Below are positions 52,915-61,878 of a stretch of DNA of 64,000 bases, piece after piece. The notes beneath the pieces were generated by a model that had not been told where the DNA came from, made no database searches, and saw only the letters and a list, made by a program, of their open reading frames with translations. Position numbers and translations under genes: made by a program. The stretch is from Alphaproteobacteria bacterium (GTDB lineage: Bacteria > Pseudomonadota > Alphaproteobacteria > GCA-2731375). Every line of letters begins with the position of its first letter. Position 1 is the stretch's first letter. The stretch spans positions 1,152,001 through 1,216,000 of the forward strand of contig CBDDPY010000002.1 in NCBI GenBank assembly GCA_965232515.1, written 5' to 3'.

Positions 52915-53598
52915 ATGCAGGATAGCAACACCACGACGGCAGCCACGACATCGGCCAATCTCTACCGCGCAGGAACGGCGGGCGCGCTGGCAATCGGCGC
53001 CGGCCTGGTCGGATTGAGCGAGGCCCAGGCGGACGTCATTCTGACCGACTTCAATGTCACGATTACCGACGACTTCGAATTGTTCGACGTGAACGATGAC
53101 GGCGAGAACGAACTGGCCATCACAGACGAAACGGGCGTGTATTCCTCTGCGAAGGGATTTAGCGGAACGTTCTTTGCCGTCGATTCTTTCGGTGCACCCA
53201 AGGCGGTTTTTCTGACACGGTTCTATTACGGCGATACGATCGATAAGAGCAGCTTCTCCCCCGCCGGTAGAAGTGGCCTTTTCTATAGTTCGTTTCCGGA
53301 TTTTGCAGGTAAAAGCCCCTGGGAAGACGGCGAGCGCGGATTCTTCGGTTTTGCGGTTCCCTCGGACCTGGATCAAGAGGGCGTCTATTACGGTTATGTC
53401 GAGGCGCAGTTCTCGCCGGGCAACACGGTGACAATCTTCCGGATCGGTTTTGAGGACGAGCTCGGTACGCCGATCACCATCCGCGACCCCAACGCTGTGC
53501 CGGCGCCGGGCGGCATCGGCCTGCTGGCGCTGGGCGCGGCCGGCACGCTGGCCTACCGCCGGCGGCGGCGGAAGCAGGCCGCCGCGGCCACGGCCTGA
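52915..53598 (+). CDS. PEP-CTERM-like (VPAPG) sorted surface protein, paralog 2
   Basis: MQDSNTTTA...SEAQA; VPAPGGIGLLALGAAGTLAYRRRRRK. Confidence 0.85.
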   Translation: MQDSNTTTAATTSANLYRAGTAGALAIGAGLVGLSEAQADVILTDFNVTITDDFELFDVNDDGENELAITDETGVYSSAKGFSGTFFAVDSFGAPKAVFLTRFYYGDTIDKSSFSPAGRSGLFYSSFPDFAGKSPWEDGERGFFGFAVPSDLDQEGVYYGYVEAQFSPGNTVTIFRIGFEDELGTPITIRDPNAVPAPGGIGLLALGAAGTLAYRRRRRKQAAAATA

Positions 53599-53734
53599 GC
53601 CTGTCTGTTCGGCGCGGGCGCGTCTTGCCGAGCACAATCGTGCTTGGCCAACACGGTCCCAATCGGGACGAAGCGGGTTCGAATTGGCGTCGCGGCTGAC
53701 CGCGTTGCCAGCGTAACAGGGGAAGCTTTCGACC

Positions 53735-54406
53735 ATGCAGGACAGCAAGACCACCACGACGGCCACGGCATCGGCCGATCTCTACCGCGCGGGCGCGGCG
53801 GGCGCGCTGGCGATCGGCGCCGGCCTGGCCGGATTGAGCGACGCCCAGGCGGCCGTCATCCTGACCGACGTCAACGCCACGATCACCGACGATTTCCAGA
53901 CGTTCGACGTAAACGATGACGAGGTGGACGAACTGGGCATCGGCGACAACACAGGCGCGTTTTCGTTTGCGAAGGGACTTGGCGGGACGTTCGTTGGCGT
54001 CGACTTTTTCGGTCTGCCGAAGCCGTTTTTCCTGACGCAATTCGATTACGGCGATACGGTCTCGAAGGAAACCCTTGTCGTCGGCACTATGAATGGCTTC
54101 TTCTACAAGTCGTCTAAGGCAGGCAAAAGCCCCTGGGAGGACGGCGAACGCGGCTTCTTCGGATTTGCGGTTCCGTCCGACATCGATGGACTAGGCGTCT
54201 ATTACGGTTATGTCGAGGCGCAGTTTTCGCCCGGCAATACGGTGAACATCTTCCGGATCGGCTTCGAGAACGAGATCAATACGCCGATCACCATCCGCGA
54301 CCCCAACGCGGTGCCGGCGCCGGGCGGCATCGGCCTGCTGGCGCTGGGCGCGGCCGGCACGTTGGCCTACCGCCGGCGGCAACGCAAGAAGGCGGCAGCG
54401 GCCTGA
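53735..54406 (+). CDS. PEP-CTERM-like (VPAPG) sorted surface protein, paralog 3
   Basis: MQDSKTTTT...SDAQA; VPAPGGIGLLALGAAGTLAYRRRQRKK. Confidence 0.85.
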   Translation: MQDSKTTTTATASADLYRAGAAGALAIGAGLAGLSDAQAAVILTDVNATITDDFQTFDVNDDEVDELGIGDNTGAFSFAKGLGGTFVGVDFFGLPKPFFLTQFDYGDTVSKETLVVGTMNGFFYKSSKAGKSPWEDGERGFFGFAVPSDIDGLGVYYGYVEAQFSPGNTVNIFRIGFENEINTPITIRDPNAVPAPGGIGLLALGAAGTLAYRRRQRKKAAAA

Positions 54407-54502
54407 TTCCGTTCGGCGCACGCCACCCAAGACACAGATACGCCGTCGCCGCAAACCGCGGCGGCGGCTTGACGTAGTTCCGGACGCTTCCCTGCTGGCG
54501 GC

Positions 54503-57106
54503 ATGAGCGAACGACTGACCAAACGGGTATTGCTGCTCGGCTGGGACGGCGCGGACTGGAAGGTGATCCAGGCGCTGCTCGACGCCGGGCGGATGCCGAA
54601 CCTGGAGCGGCTGATCGACCGCGGCGTGATGGGCAACCTGGCGACGCTGCAGCCGATCCTGTCGCCGATGCTGTGGACCTCGATCGCCACCGGCAAGCAT
54701 GCCGACCAGCACGGCATCCACGGCTTCATCGAGCCGCGGCCCGACGGCGCCGGCGTGCGGCCGGTGACCAGCACCTCGGTCCAGGCCGAGCCGCTGTGGA
54801 GCATTCTCGAAAGCCAGGGCCTGAAGAGCGCCGTTGTCGGCTGGTTCGCGACTTATCCGGCCGACCGGGTCGCCGGCATCGCGGTCAGCGACCTCTACTG
54901 CAACGCCCGCGGCGCCAGCTTCGACGACTGGCCGCTGCCCGACCGCATGGTCAAGCCGGCGCGCCTGACGGACGTGATGGCCGACCTGCGGGTGCATCCG
55001 AGCGAAATCGAGGCCGGGCAGGTGCTGCCGTTCATTCCGCGGGCGCCGGAGATCGACCAGGAGGCGGACGAGCGGCTGGCCGCCTTCGCCCGGTTCATGG
55101 CCCGCTGCGCCACCGTGCACGGCGCCGGCACCTATGTGGCCGAGCACGAGGACTGGGACCTGCTGGCGGTCTACTACGAAACCGTCGACCGGATGTCGCA
55201 CTGGTTCATGGAGTACCACCCGCCGAAGATGCGGCACGTTATCGAGCAGGATTTCGAGATCTATCGAGAGGTGATCGACGGCATCTACCAGTTCCACGAC
55301 CAGACGCTGGGCCGCTACATGGAGCTGGTCGGGCCGGAGACGACGATCGTGATTTGCTCCGACCACGGCTTCTACAGCGACCATCTGCGCCCGCCGGTCT
55401 CGGCCAACATGCAGACCGGCAATCCGGTGCTGTGGCACCGCGACCTCGGCGTGTTCGTCGCCAGCGGTCCGGGCGTCAAGCGGGACGAGCTGGTGTTCGG
55501 CGCCTCGATCCTGGACATCGCGCCGACCGTCTTGACCCTGCTCGGTCTGCCGGTCGCGCGGGACATGGAGGGCCGGGCGCTGACCCAGATCCTGGCCAAC
55601 GATGTCCAGCCGGAACGGATCGGCAGCTATGGCGCGCCCGACGCGGCACCGGCGACCTACGAGGACCCGGGCGAGGCGCAGGCGGCGCTGACGCAGCTCG
55701 CCGAGCTCGGCTATATCGAGACGGTCTCGGACGACGCCGAGCTGGCGGTCGAGCGGGCGCTGATCCAGCAGCATCTCAATCTCGCCGACGTGCACCTGAA
55801 CAAGCGCCAGTTCAAACGGGCGATCGAGCACCTGGAGGCGTGGCGCAAGCTGGCGCCGGAAAACCGGCGCGCGCTTCTGAAGCTGGCGCAGTGTTATCTC
55901 GGGCTCGGCGAATTGGACGAGGCCCGCGCGATCCTCGACAAGCTCTTGGGCCGGGACCGCGACGGGCCGACCGCCAACCTGCTTTACGGCCAGCTGCTGT
56001 TTCGCGAGGGCAAGGACGACGACGCGCTGGCGCATTTCGAGCGCGCGGCCACGTCCGGCGCCAACAACCGCAACCTGCAGGCCCAGATCGGCCAGGTGCA
56101 CTTACGCGGGCAGCGCTGGCCGGAGGCGGACGCGGCGTTTCGCCGGGCGCTCGAGATCGACGCCGATTTCGCCCGCGCGCATCATGGGCTCGGCGTCGCG
56201 CTCTATGGCCAGGGCCACTACGAGGACGCGGTGAACACGCTGCTGCGGTCGATCGGCCTGCTTTATCACCAGCCGCTGGCGCATTACCACCTCGGCATCG
56301 CGCTGGCCGCGAGCGGCCGGGTCGGCAACGCGGTCGAGGCGCTGAACAACGCGCTGAAGCTGGCGCCGAACCTGGCCGTGGCCCAGAAGGCGCTGGCGCA
56401 GCTCGACCGCGACACGCGCAAGGCGGTGAAGGCCGAGATCCTGCGCGTGCAGACCATGCTCGACGAACGCGACGCCGAGGCCGCCGATGCGCCGGCGGCA
56501 GCCGAGAAGGCCGCGGTTTCGGACGAGGCGGCGATCACCGTGGTCTCAGGCCTGCCGCGTTCCGGGACCTCGATGATGATGCAGATGCTGGCCGCCGGCG
56601 GCATGCCGGTGCTGACCGACGATCAGCGCGCCGCCGACGCCGACAATCCCAAGGGCTATTTCGAGCTGGAGGCGGTGAAGCGGCTCGAGACCGAGACGAC
56701 CTGGCTGGCGGACGGCGTCGGCAAGGCCGTCAAGATCATCTATTCGCTGCTCTACCACCTGCCGGCGGACCGCGCCTACAAGGTGCTGTTCATGCGCCGC
56801 GACATCGACGAGGTGCTGGCCTCGCAGGCCGACATGCTGGCGCGCGCCGACAAGGCGGGCGCGGCCGAGCCGGCGAAGCTCGCCGACGCCTTCCGCCAGC
56901 AACTGGCGCGCATCGAGGCCTGGCTCGCCGGGCAGCCGAACATCGACGTGCTTTATGTCGATCACCGCGACGCGGTCGACGACCCGGCCGCAACGGCAGC
57001 GCGGGTAGCTGCGTTTCTCGACGCCGGTGTGGACGCGGCCGCCATGGCCGCCGCGGTGGACGGCACGCTCTATCGCCACCGCGGAGATGCGTCGTCGGCC
57101 CCTTAA
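54503..57106 (+). CDS. Alkaline phosphatase superfamily (type I phosphodiesterase-like) / TPR / sulfotransferase fusion protein
   Basis: N-terminal GWDGADW, SPMLWTSIATG, DRMSH, SDHG; central TPR-like helical repeats; C-terminal SGLPRSGTS (5'-PSB) and RRDIDEVLASQ (3'-PB); no signal peptide. Confidence 0.85.
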   Translation: MSERLTKRVLLLGWDGADWKVIQALLDAGRMPNLERLIDRGVMGNLATLQPILSPMLWTSIATGKHADQHGIHGFIEPRPDGAGVRPVTSTSVQAEPLWSILESQGLKSAVVGWFATYPADRVAGIAVSDLYCNARGASFDDWPLPDRMVKPARLTDVMADLRVHPSEIEAGQVLPFIPRAPEIDQEADERLAAFARFMARCATVHGAGTYVAEHEDWDLLAVYYETVDRMSHWFMEYHPPKMRHVIEQDFEIYREVIDGIYQFHDQTLGRYMELVGPETTIVICSDHGFYSDHLRPPVSANMQTGNPVLWHRDLGVFVASGPGVKRDELVFGASILDIAPTVLTLLGLPVARDMEGRALTQILANDVQPERIGSYGAPDAAPATYEDPGEAQAALTQLAELGYIETVSDDAELAVERALIQQHLNLADVHLNKRQFKRAIEHLEAWRKLAPENRRALLKLAQCYLGLGELDEARAILDKLLGRDRDGPTANLLYGQLLFREGKDDDALAHFERAATSGANNRNLQAQIGQVHLRGQRWPEADAAFRRALEIDADFARAHHGLGVALYGQGHYEDAVNTLLRSIGLLYHQPLAHYHLGIALAASGRVGNAVEALNNALKLAPNLAVAQKALAQLDRDTRKAVKAEILRVQTMLDERDAEAADAPAAAEKAAVSDEAAITVVSGLPRSGTSMMMQMLAAGGMPVLTDDQRAADADNPKGYFELEAVKRLETETTWLADGVGKAVKIIYSLLYHLPADRAYKVLFMRRDIDEVLASQADMLARADKAGAAEPAKLADAFRQQLARIEAWLAGQPNIDVLYVDHRDAVDDPAATAARVAAFLDAGVDAAAMAAAVDGTLYRHRGDASSAP

Positions 57107-57177
57107 ATTTCGGTGTCGACATCGGCAACCGATGGCCGATCCTTCGAGACGCGCCCGATCGGGCGCTCCTCAGGATG

Positions 57178-58352
57178 GAGACCTTTGCACGGTTTTGGGA
57201 AGCGTGATTCACTGACGGTATAGGGGCTGTCGGTGAGGGTTTGAGATGTCTCGCAAGCGTGTTGGTCAGCTGGGGTTTGAGGACGCGGTTGTCGAGGCGC
57301 GGCTTGGCGCTCGGTTCGATCGGCTGTCGAAGATCAATGATCTTGTGGACTGGCGGCCGTTTGAGGCGCTGCTGGAGGGGCTTTATCCGTCGCGTCGGGG
57401 CGAGCCGTCTTATCCGGCGCTGATCATGTTCAAGGTGCTGCTGTTGCAGCGCTGGTACAATCTGTCGGATCCGATGATGGAGGAGGCGTTGGCGGACCGG
57501 ATCTCGTTCCGTCGGTTTGTCGGTCTGAGCCTGAGCGATCCGGTTCCCGATCACTCGACGATCCACCGTTTCCGGGACCGTCTACGCGGGGCGGCGCGTC
57601 TTGAGGCGCTGATGGGGGAGTTGTCGCGTCAGCTCGAAGCGCACCAGGTCGTGCTCAAACAAGGCACGTTGATTGATGCCAGCCTGGTGAGCAGCGCGGC
57701 GCGGCGGCCTCGGATCAAGGAAGGCCGGACCAGCCGGACCGATCCGGATGCGCGCTTTGGCACCAACAACGAGCGCCGGCGCTATAGCTTTGGCTACAAG
57801 CTGCATGTGGCCGTGGATCAGGGCTCGGCGCTGATCCGCGGCCTGTTTCTGACGCCGGCCAATCGCCAGGAGATCGACTTTGCCGCCGATTTGGTTCAGG
57901 GCGACGAGCAGGCCGTCTATGCCGACCGTGGTTATGACGCCCGGCGCCTGCGCGATCATCTGGCGGCGCTCGGCATCGCCGACGGGGTCATGCGCCATGC
58001 CCGTAAAGGCAGGCCGCTCAACGCCGAAGAGACCGCCCGGAACCACCGGCTGGTGGCCCGGCGCCGACCGGTCGAGAAGATCTTCGGCACCCTCAAACGA
58101 AGCTACCGCCTCAGCCGCCTGCCGCATTTCAGCCAAGCACGCAACGAAGTCACCGTCACGCTCGCCTGTTTCGCCTACAACCTGCGACGCCTCGCCGTCC
58201 TCTGCGCAACTTGAGGCCGCTCGATATCGACCTCATCGACAGCAAACAGGCCTCAAGCCGGTCAGCGGCTCGAAAACAGGCGCGATCGCCGCTAACAACC
58301 CAGCGCCAAGCTCGAACATAGCGACAAACAACACCTACCGTGCAAAGGTCTC
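57178..58352 (+). mobile_element. IS5-family insertion sequence (1175 bp)
   Basis: Terminal inverted repeats GAGACCTTTGCACGG / CCGTGCAAAGGTCTC; flanking direct repeat CAGGATG (57171-57177 and 58353-58359). Confidence 0.92.
57246..58214 (+). CDS. IS5 family DDE transposase
   Basis: LQRWYNLSD, PDHSTIHRFR, IDAS, GYKLHVAVD, ADRGY, RRPVEKIFGTLK. Confidence 0.95.
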   Translation: MSRKRVGQLGFEDAVVEARLGARFDRLSKINDLVDWRPFEALLEGLYPSRRGEPSYPALIMFKVLLLQRWYNLSDPMMEEALADRISFRRFVGLSLSDPVPDHSTIHRFRDRLRGAARLEALMGELSRQLEAHQVVLKQGTLIDASLVSSAARRPRIKEGRTSRTDPDARFGTNNERRRYSFGYKLHVAVDQGSALIRGLFLTPANRQEIDFAADLVQGDEQAVYADRGYDARRLRDHLAALGIADGVMRHARKGRPLNAEETARNHRLVARRRPVEKIFGTLKRSYRLSRLPHFSQARNEVTVTLACFAYNLRRLAVLCAT

Positions 58353-58466
58353 CAGGATGAGGTTTGCGTTTGATATCAGTGCCCGACCTCATGCTGAGGA
58401 GGCCCCGTAGGGGCCGTCTCGAAGCATGCAATATGGAGTTGCAACGGCGGCTTCAAGCCGGCGTCG

Positions 58467-60005
58467 TCAGCGCAGCCACTTCTCGACTTCGTGGCGCTGG
58501 ATCTTGCCGGTGGTGCTGCGGGGCAGGTCGTCGACGGCGACGAAACGGAATTCCTTCGGCTGCTTGTAGCCGGCGAGCGCCTGGCGGCAGGCCTGGGCCA
58601 GCGTGTCGGCCGTAAGCGTTGCGTCGTTGGCGGCCACGAACGCCACCGGCACCTCGCCCCAGCGGGCGTCGGGTTTACGCACGACGACGGCGTCGTCGAC
58701 CCGGGCGTCGGCCAGCAGCACGCGCTCGATCTCGGCCGGGTAGATGTTCTCGCCGCCCGACTTGATCAGGTATTTGACGCGGTCGACGAAGTCGAGCGTG
58801 CCGTCGGGGTTGCGCACGAAGGCGTCGCCCATGTGGAACCAGCCGCCGCGGAAGTCCTGGGCGTTGACCTCTGGCGCGTTCCAATAGCCGCTGAACATGG
58901 TCGGGCCGCGGACCGCGGCCTCGCCGGGCTGGCCGTCGGGCACGTCGTTGCCGTCGGCACCGACCAGGCGTAGATCGCACATCGAGCTTTGCCGCTTCGA
59001 CAGCGAGTCCGGCACCACGCCGACGGGAATCTGGCCGGCCGACGCGGGCGGTGCGCCGGTTTCCGTCGCGCCGAAGGTGTTGGCGTAGGGCGCCTGCAAC
59101 AGCTCCGTGATCTCGGCAATCTGATGCCGCGGCACGAGATCGGCCATGGCGCCGATCAGCTTGATGCCGGCGGGCTTGAGATTGCGTTTCTTCACGGCCT
59201 CGGCGACCTGCTCGATCATGCCGGGCATCAGGATCAGCCACCAGATCGGCTGGGCGGCGGCGAGGTCGGCCAGCCGGTCGGGATCGAAGCCGTCGACGAT
59301 CACCAGCTTGCCGCCGGAACAGAGCATGGCGATGCCCTGGTCGGTCGAGGCCATGTGGAACATGGGTGGCCAGGCGACAAACGTGTCGCCGGGCGTGAGC
59401 CGCATGTCGAGGCTGAGGAGCTGCAGGCGGGCGAGCTCGGCGCGGTGGCTGATCAGCGCGCCCTTGGGCAGGCCGGTGGTGCCGCTGGTGTAGATGATCA
59501 CCAGGCCGTCCTCGGGATGGACGGGAACGCCGGGCTCGCGGTCGACGGCGCGGTTCAACAGCTCCTCGTAGGCCGACCCCAGCTCGACAATGTGCGTGAG
59601 GCCGTGCTCGACGGCCAGGAGCTGATCGCGATGGCGCGGCGAGACCAGGGCCACATTAGGCGTCGTCAGCTGAATGCAGTGCTCGAGCTCGGGCGGGGCG
59701 AGGCGCCAGTTGAGGGCGCAGAAGATGGCGCCGAGCTTGCCCGCCGCGAAAGCCAGCTCCATGTACTCGGCACGGTTTTCCGACAGGATCGCGACCCGGT
59801 CGCCATGGCCGACGCCGAGGCTGGCGAGCGCGTTCGCCAAGCGGTTCACCCGCGCGTTGAAGTGGGCGTAGGTGCAGGTCCGGTCGCCGTCCTCGATGGC
59901 GACGGCATTGGGCTGGATCCGGGCCCGGACCCGAAGCAGATCGCCGATGGTGACCTGCGACGACGCGGCGACGGGCGCCGTCGGCGAATGCGGTGTCTCG
60001 TTCAT
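58467..60005 (-). CDS. Acyl-CoA synthetase (AMP-forming)
   Basis: YTSGTTGLPKG, FGATE, KSGGENIYPAEIE, PRSTTGKI. Confidence 0.92.
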   Translation of the reverse strand: MNETPHSPTAPVAASSQVTIGDLLRVRARIQPNAVAIEDGDRTCTYAHFNARVNRLANALASLGVGHGDRVAILSENRAEYMELAFAAGKLGAIFCALNWRLAPPELEHCIQLTTPNVALVSPRHRDQLLAVEHGLTHIVELGSAYEELLNRAVDREPGVPVHPEDGLVIIYTSGTTGLPKGALISHRAELARLQLLSLDMRLTPGDTFVAWPPMFHMASTDQGIAMLCSGGKLVIVDGFDPDRLADLAAAQPIWWLILMPGMIEQVAEAVKKRNLKPAGIKLIGAMADLVPRHQIAEITELLQAPYANTFGATETGAPPASAGQIPVGVVPDSLSKRQSSMCDLRLVGADGNDVPDGQPGEAAVRGPTMFSGYWNAPEVNAQDFRGGWFHMGDAFVRNPDGTLDFVDRVKYLIKSGGENIYPAEIERVLLADARVDDAVVVRKPDARWGEVPVAFVAANDATLTADTLAQACRQALAGYKQPKEFRFVAVDDLPRSTTGKIQRHEVEKWLR

Positions 60006-60177
60006 GGCACGGCCCTCGATCGGTCAAACCTGCTGTCTACGTGCGCCCGAACCGAAACGATACACAAGGACATGCTACACGCCATAGAGGTTGGAAGTGC
60101 GGCGGAACGGCCGCATAATCCCCTCAGTTGAATAGTTCGATCAAAGGAGGCGTATCTAACAATCAGGGAGGCGTACG

Positions 60178-61773
60178 ATGAGAGGCAAACACCGTCTGTT
60201 CGCCGTTGTAACGACGCTTACCGTCTTATCGCTTACCAGTAGCGCGGTGCTCGCTCAAAAGCAGGGCGGCATTCTCAAGGCCTATCACCGCGGCACGCCG
60301 CCAAGCGGCTCGATCCACGAGGAAGCGACCAACTCCACGGTCTCGCCCTATATGGGCGTCTTCAACAACCTTGTGATGTATGACCAGCACGTTGCGAAAA
60401 ACAGCCTGGAGACGATCGTTCCCGATCTCGCCACCGAGTGGACGTGGTCGGACGACTTCACCCGGCTGACCTTCAAGCTGCGCGAGGGCGTGAGCTGGCA
60501 CGACGGCAAGCCGATGACCTCGGCGGACGTCGCCTGCACCTGGAACCTGGTGCTGGGCACGAGCCGGCAGAAGCTGCGCAAGAACCCGCGCAAGTCCTGG
60601 TACACCAACCTCGACGAGGTCACCACCAACGGCGACCATGAGGTCACGTTCCACCTGAAACGCCCGCAGCCGGCCTTCATCGCGCTGTTGGCCTCGGGCT
60701 ACAGCCCGGTATATCCGTGCCATGTCTCGCCGAAACAGATGCGCACCAACCCGATCGGCACCGGCCCGTTCAAGTTCGTCGAGCTGAAGCAGAACGAGCG
60801 CGTCGTGTTCACGCGGAACGAGAATTACTGGAAGCCGGACCGGCCCTATCTCGACGGCGTCGAGTGGACGATCATCAAGAACCGCTCGACCCGTGTGCTG
60901 GCCTTCATCGCCGGCCGTTTCGACCTGACCTTCAACCAGGACATCACCGTGCCGCTGTTGAAGGACGTCAAGGAACAGGCGCCGGACGCGGTCTGCAAGC
61001 TCAGGACGAGCAATGTCAGCACCAACCTGATCGTCAATCGCGACGCGCCGCCCTTCGATAACGAGAAGATCCGCACCGCGATGGCGCTGACCGTCGACCG
61101 TCAGGCCTTCGTCGACATCCTGAGCGAAGGGCAGAACGTCATGGGCGGCGCGATGATGCCGCCACCGGAAGGCGTCTGGGGCATTCCGAAGGACAAACTG
61201 TCGGACGTGCCGGGCTATGGCGATGTCGCCAAGAACCGCGCCGAGGCGCGGGCGATCATGGAGGGCCTCGGCTATGGCGCCGACAACCCGCTGAAGGTGA
61301 AGGTCTCGACGCGCAACATCGCGATCTACCGCGATCCCGCCGTGATCCTGATCGACCACCTGAAGGAGATCCATATCGCGGCCGAACTGGAGACGGTGGA
61401 GACCAGCAACTGGCACGCCAAGGTGGCGCGCAAGGACTACATGATCGGCCTCAACCTGACCGGCCTCGGCGTCGACGACCCGGACGCGAACTTCTACGAG
61501 AACTATGCCTGCGGGTCGCAGCGCAACTATACCGGCTACTGCAACAAGGACCTGATGGCCCTGTTCGAGAAGCAGTCGATGATGAGCGATCAGGAGGAGC
61601 GCAAGAAGCTGGTGTGGGAGATCGACAAGAAGCTGCAGGCGGACGTGGCCCGGCCGATTATCTTCCACGACAAGTCCGCGACCTGCTGGCAGGCGCACGT
61701 CAAGGGCTTCGATACCATGACGAACAGCGTCTACAACGGCTGGCGCATGGAGGACGTCTGGCTCGACAAATAG
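60178..61773 (+). CDS. Peptide/nickel-type ABC transporter substrate-binding protein (family 5)
   Basis: Signal peptide; PDLATEW, FKLREGVSWHDG, PIGTGPFKF. Confidence 0.92.
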   Translation: MRGKHRLFAVVTTLTVLSLTSSAVLAQKQGGILKAYHRGTPPSGSIHEEATNSTVSPYMGVFNNLVMYDQHVAKNSLETIVPDLATEWTWSDDFTRLTFKLREGVSWHDGKPMTSADVACTWNLVLGTSRQKLRKNPRKSWYTNLDEVTTNGDHEVTFHLKRPQPAFIALLASGYSPVYPCHVSPKQMRTNPIGTGPFKFVELKQNERVVFTRNENYWKPDRPYLDGVEWTIIKNRSTRVLAFIAGRFDLTFNQDITVPLLKDVKEQAPDAVCKLRTSNVSTNLIVNRDAPPFDNEKIRTAMALTVDRQAFVDILSEGQNVMGGAMMPPPEGVWGIPKDKLSDVPGYGDVAKNRAEARAIMEGLGYGADNPLKVKVSTRNIAIYRDPAVILIDHLKEIHIAAELETVETSNWHAKVARKDYMIGLNLTGLGVDDPDANFYENYACGSQRNYTGYCNKDLMALFEKQSMMSDQEERKKLVWEIDKKLQADVARPIIFHDKSATCWQAHVKGFDTMTNSVYNGWRMEDVWLDK

Positions 61774-61878
61774 GGATGGACGTAGCGGCGCGGGCCGGGC
61801 AGGGGCCTCGGCCCGCCCGTCCCGGCCGCGCGATCGAGTCCCGTCCCACTCGCCACACCGCGTGAAGGAGATGAGCCC

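Larger units (their letters stand above)
57139..58428. repeat. Alphaproteobacterial palindromic repeat split by the IS
   Basis: Left arm ATCCTTCGAGACGC...GCTCCTCAGGATG|AGG; right arm CCTCATGCTGAGGAGG...CCGTCTCGAAGCATG (58387-58428). Confidence 0.78.

Noticed and set aside
51833-54406. Diversity-generating retroelement or shufflon behind the paralog variation
   Set aside because: No reverse transcriptase, template repeat, recombinase or inverted cassette ends in the window; differences include indels and do not look adenine-specific.
51833-54406. RiPP precursor peptides (conserved leader plus variable core next to a modifying enzyme)
   Set aside because: The products are over 220 aa with a signal peptide and a membrane sorting tail; no RRE, peptidase or RiPP transporter is present.
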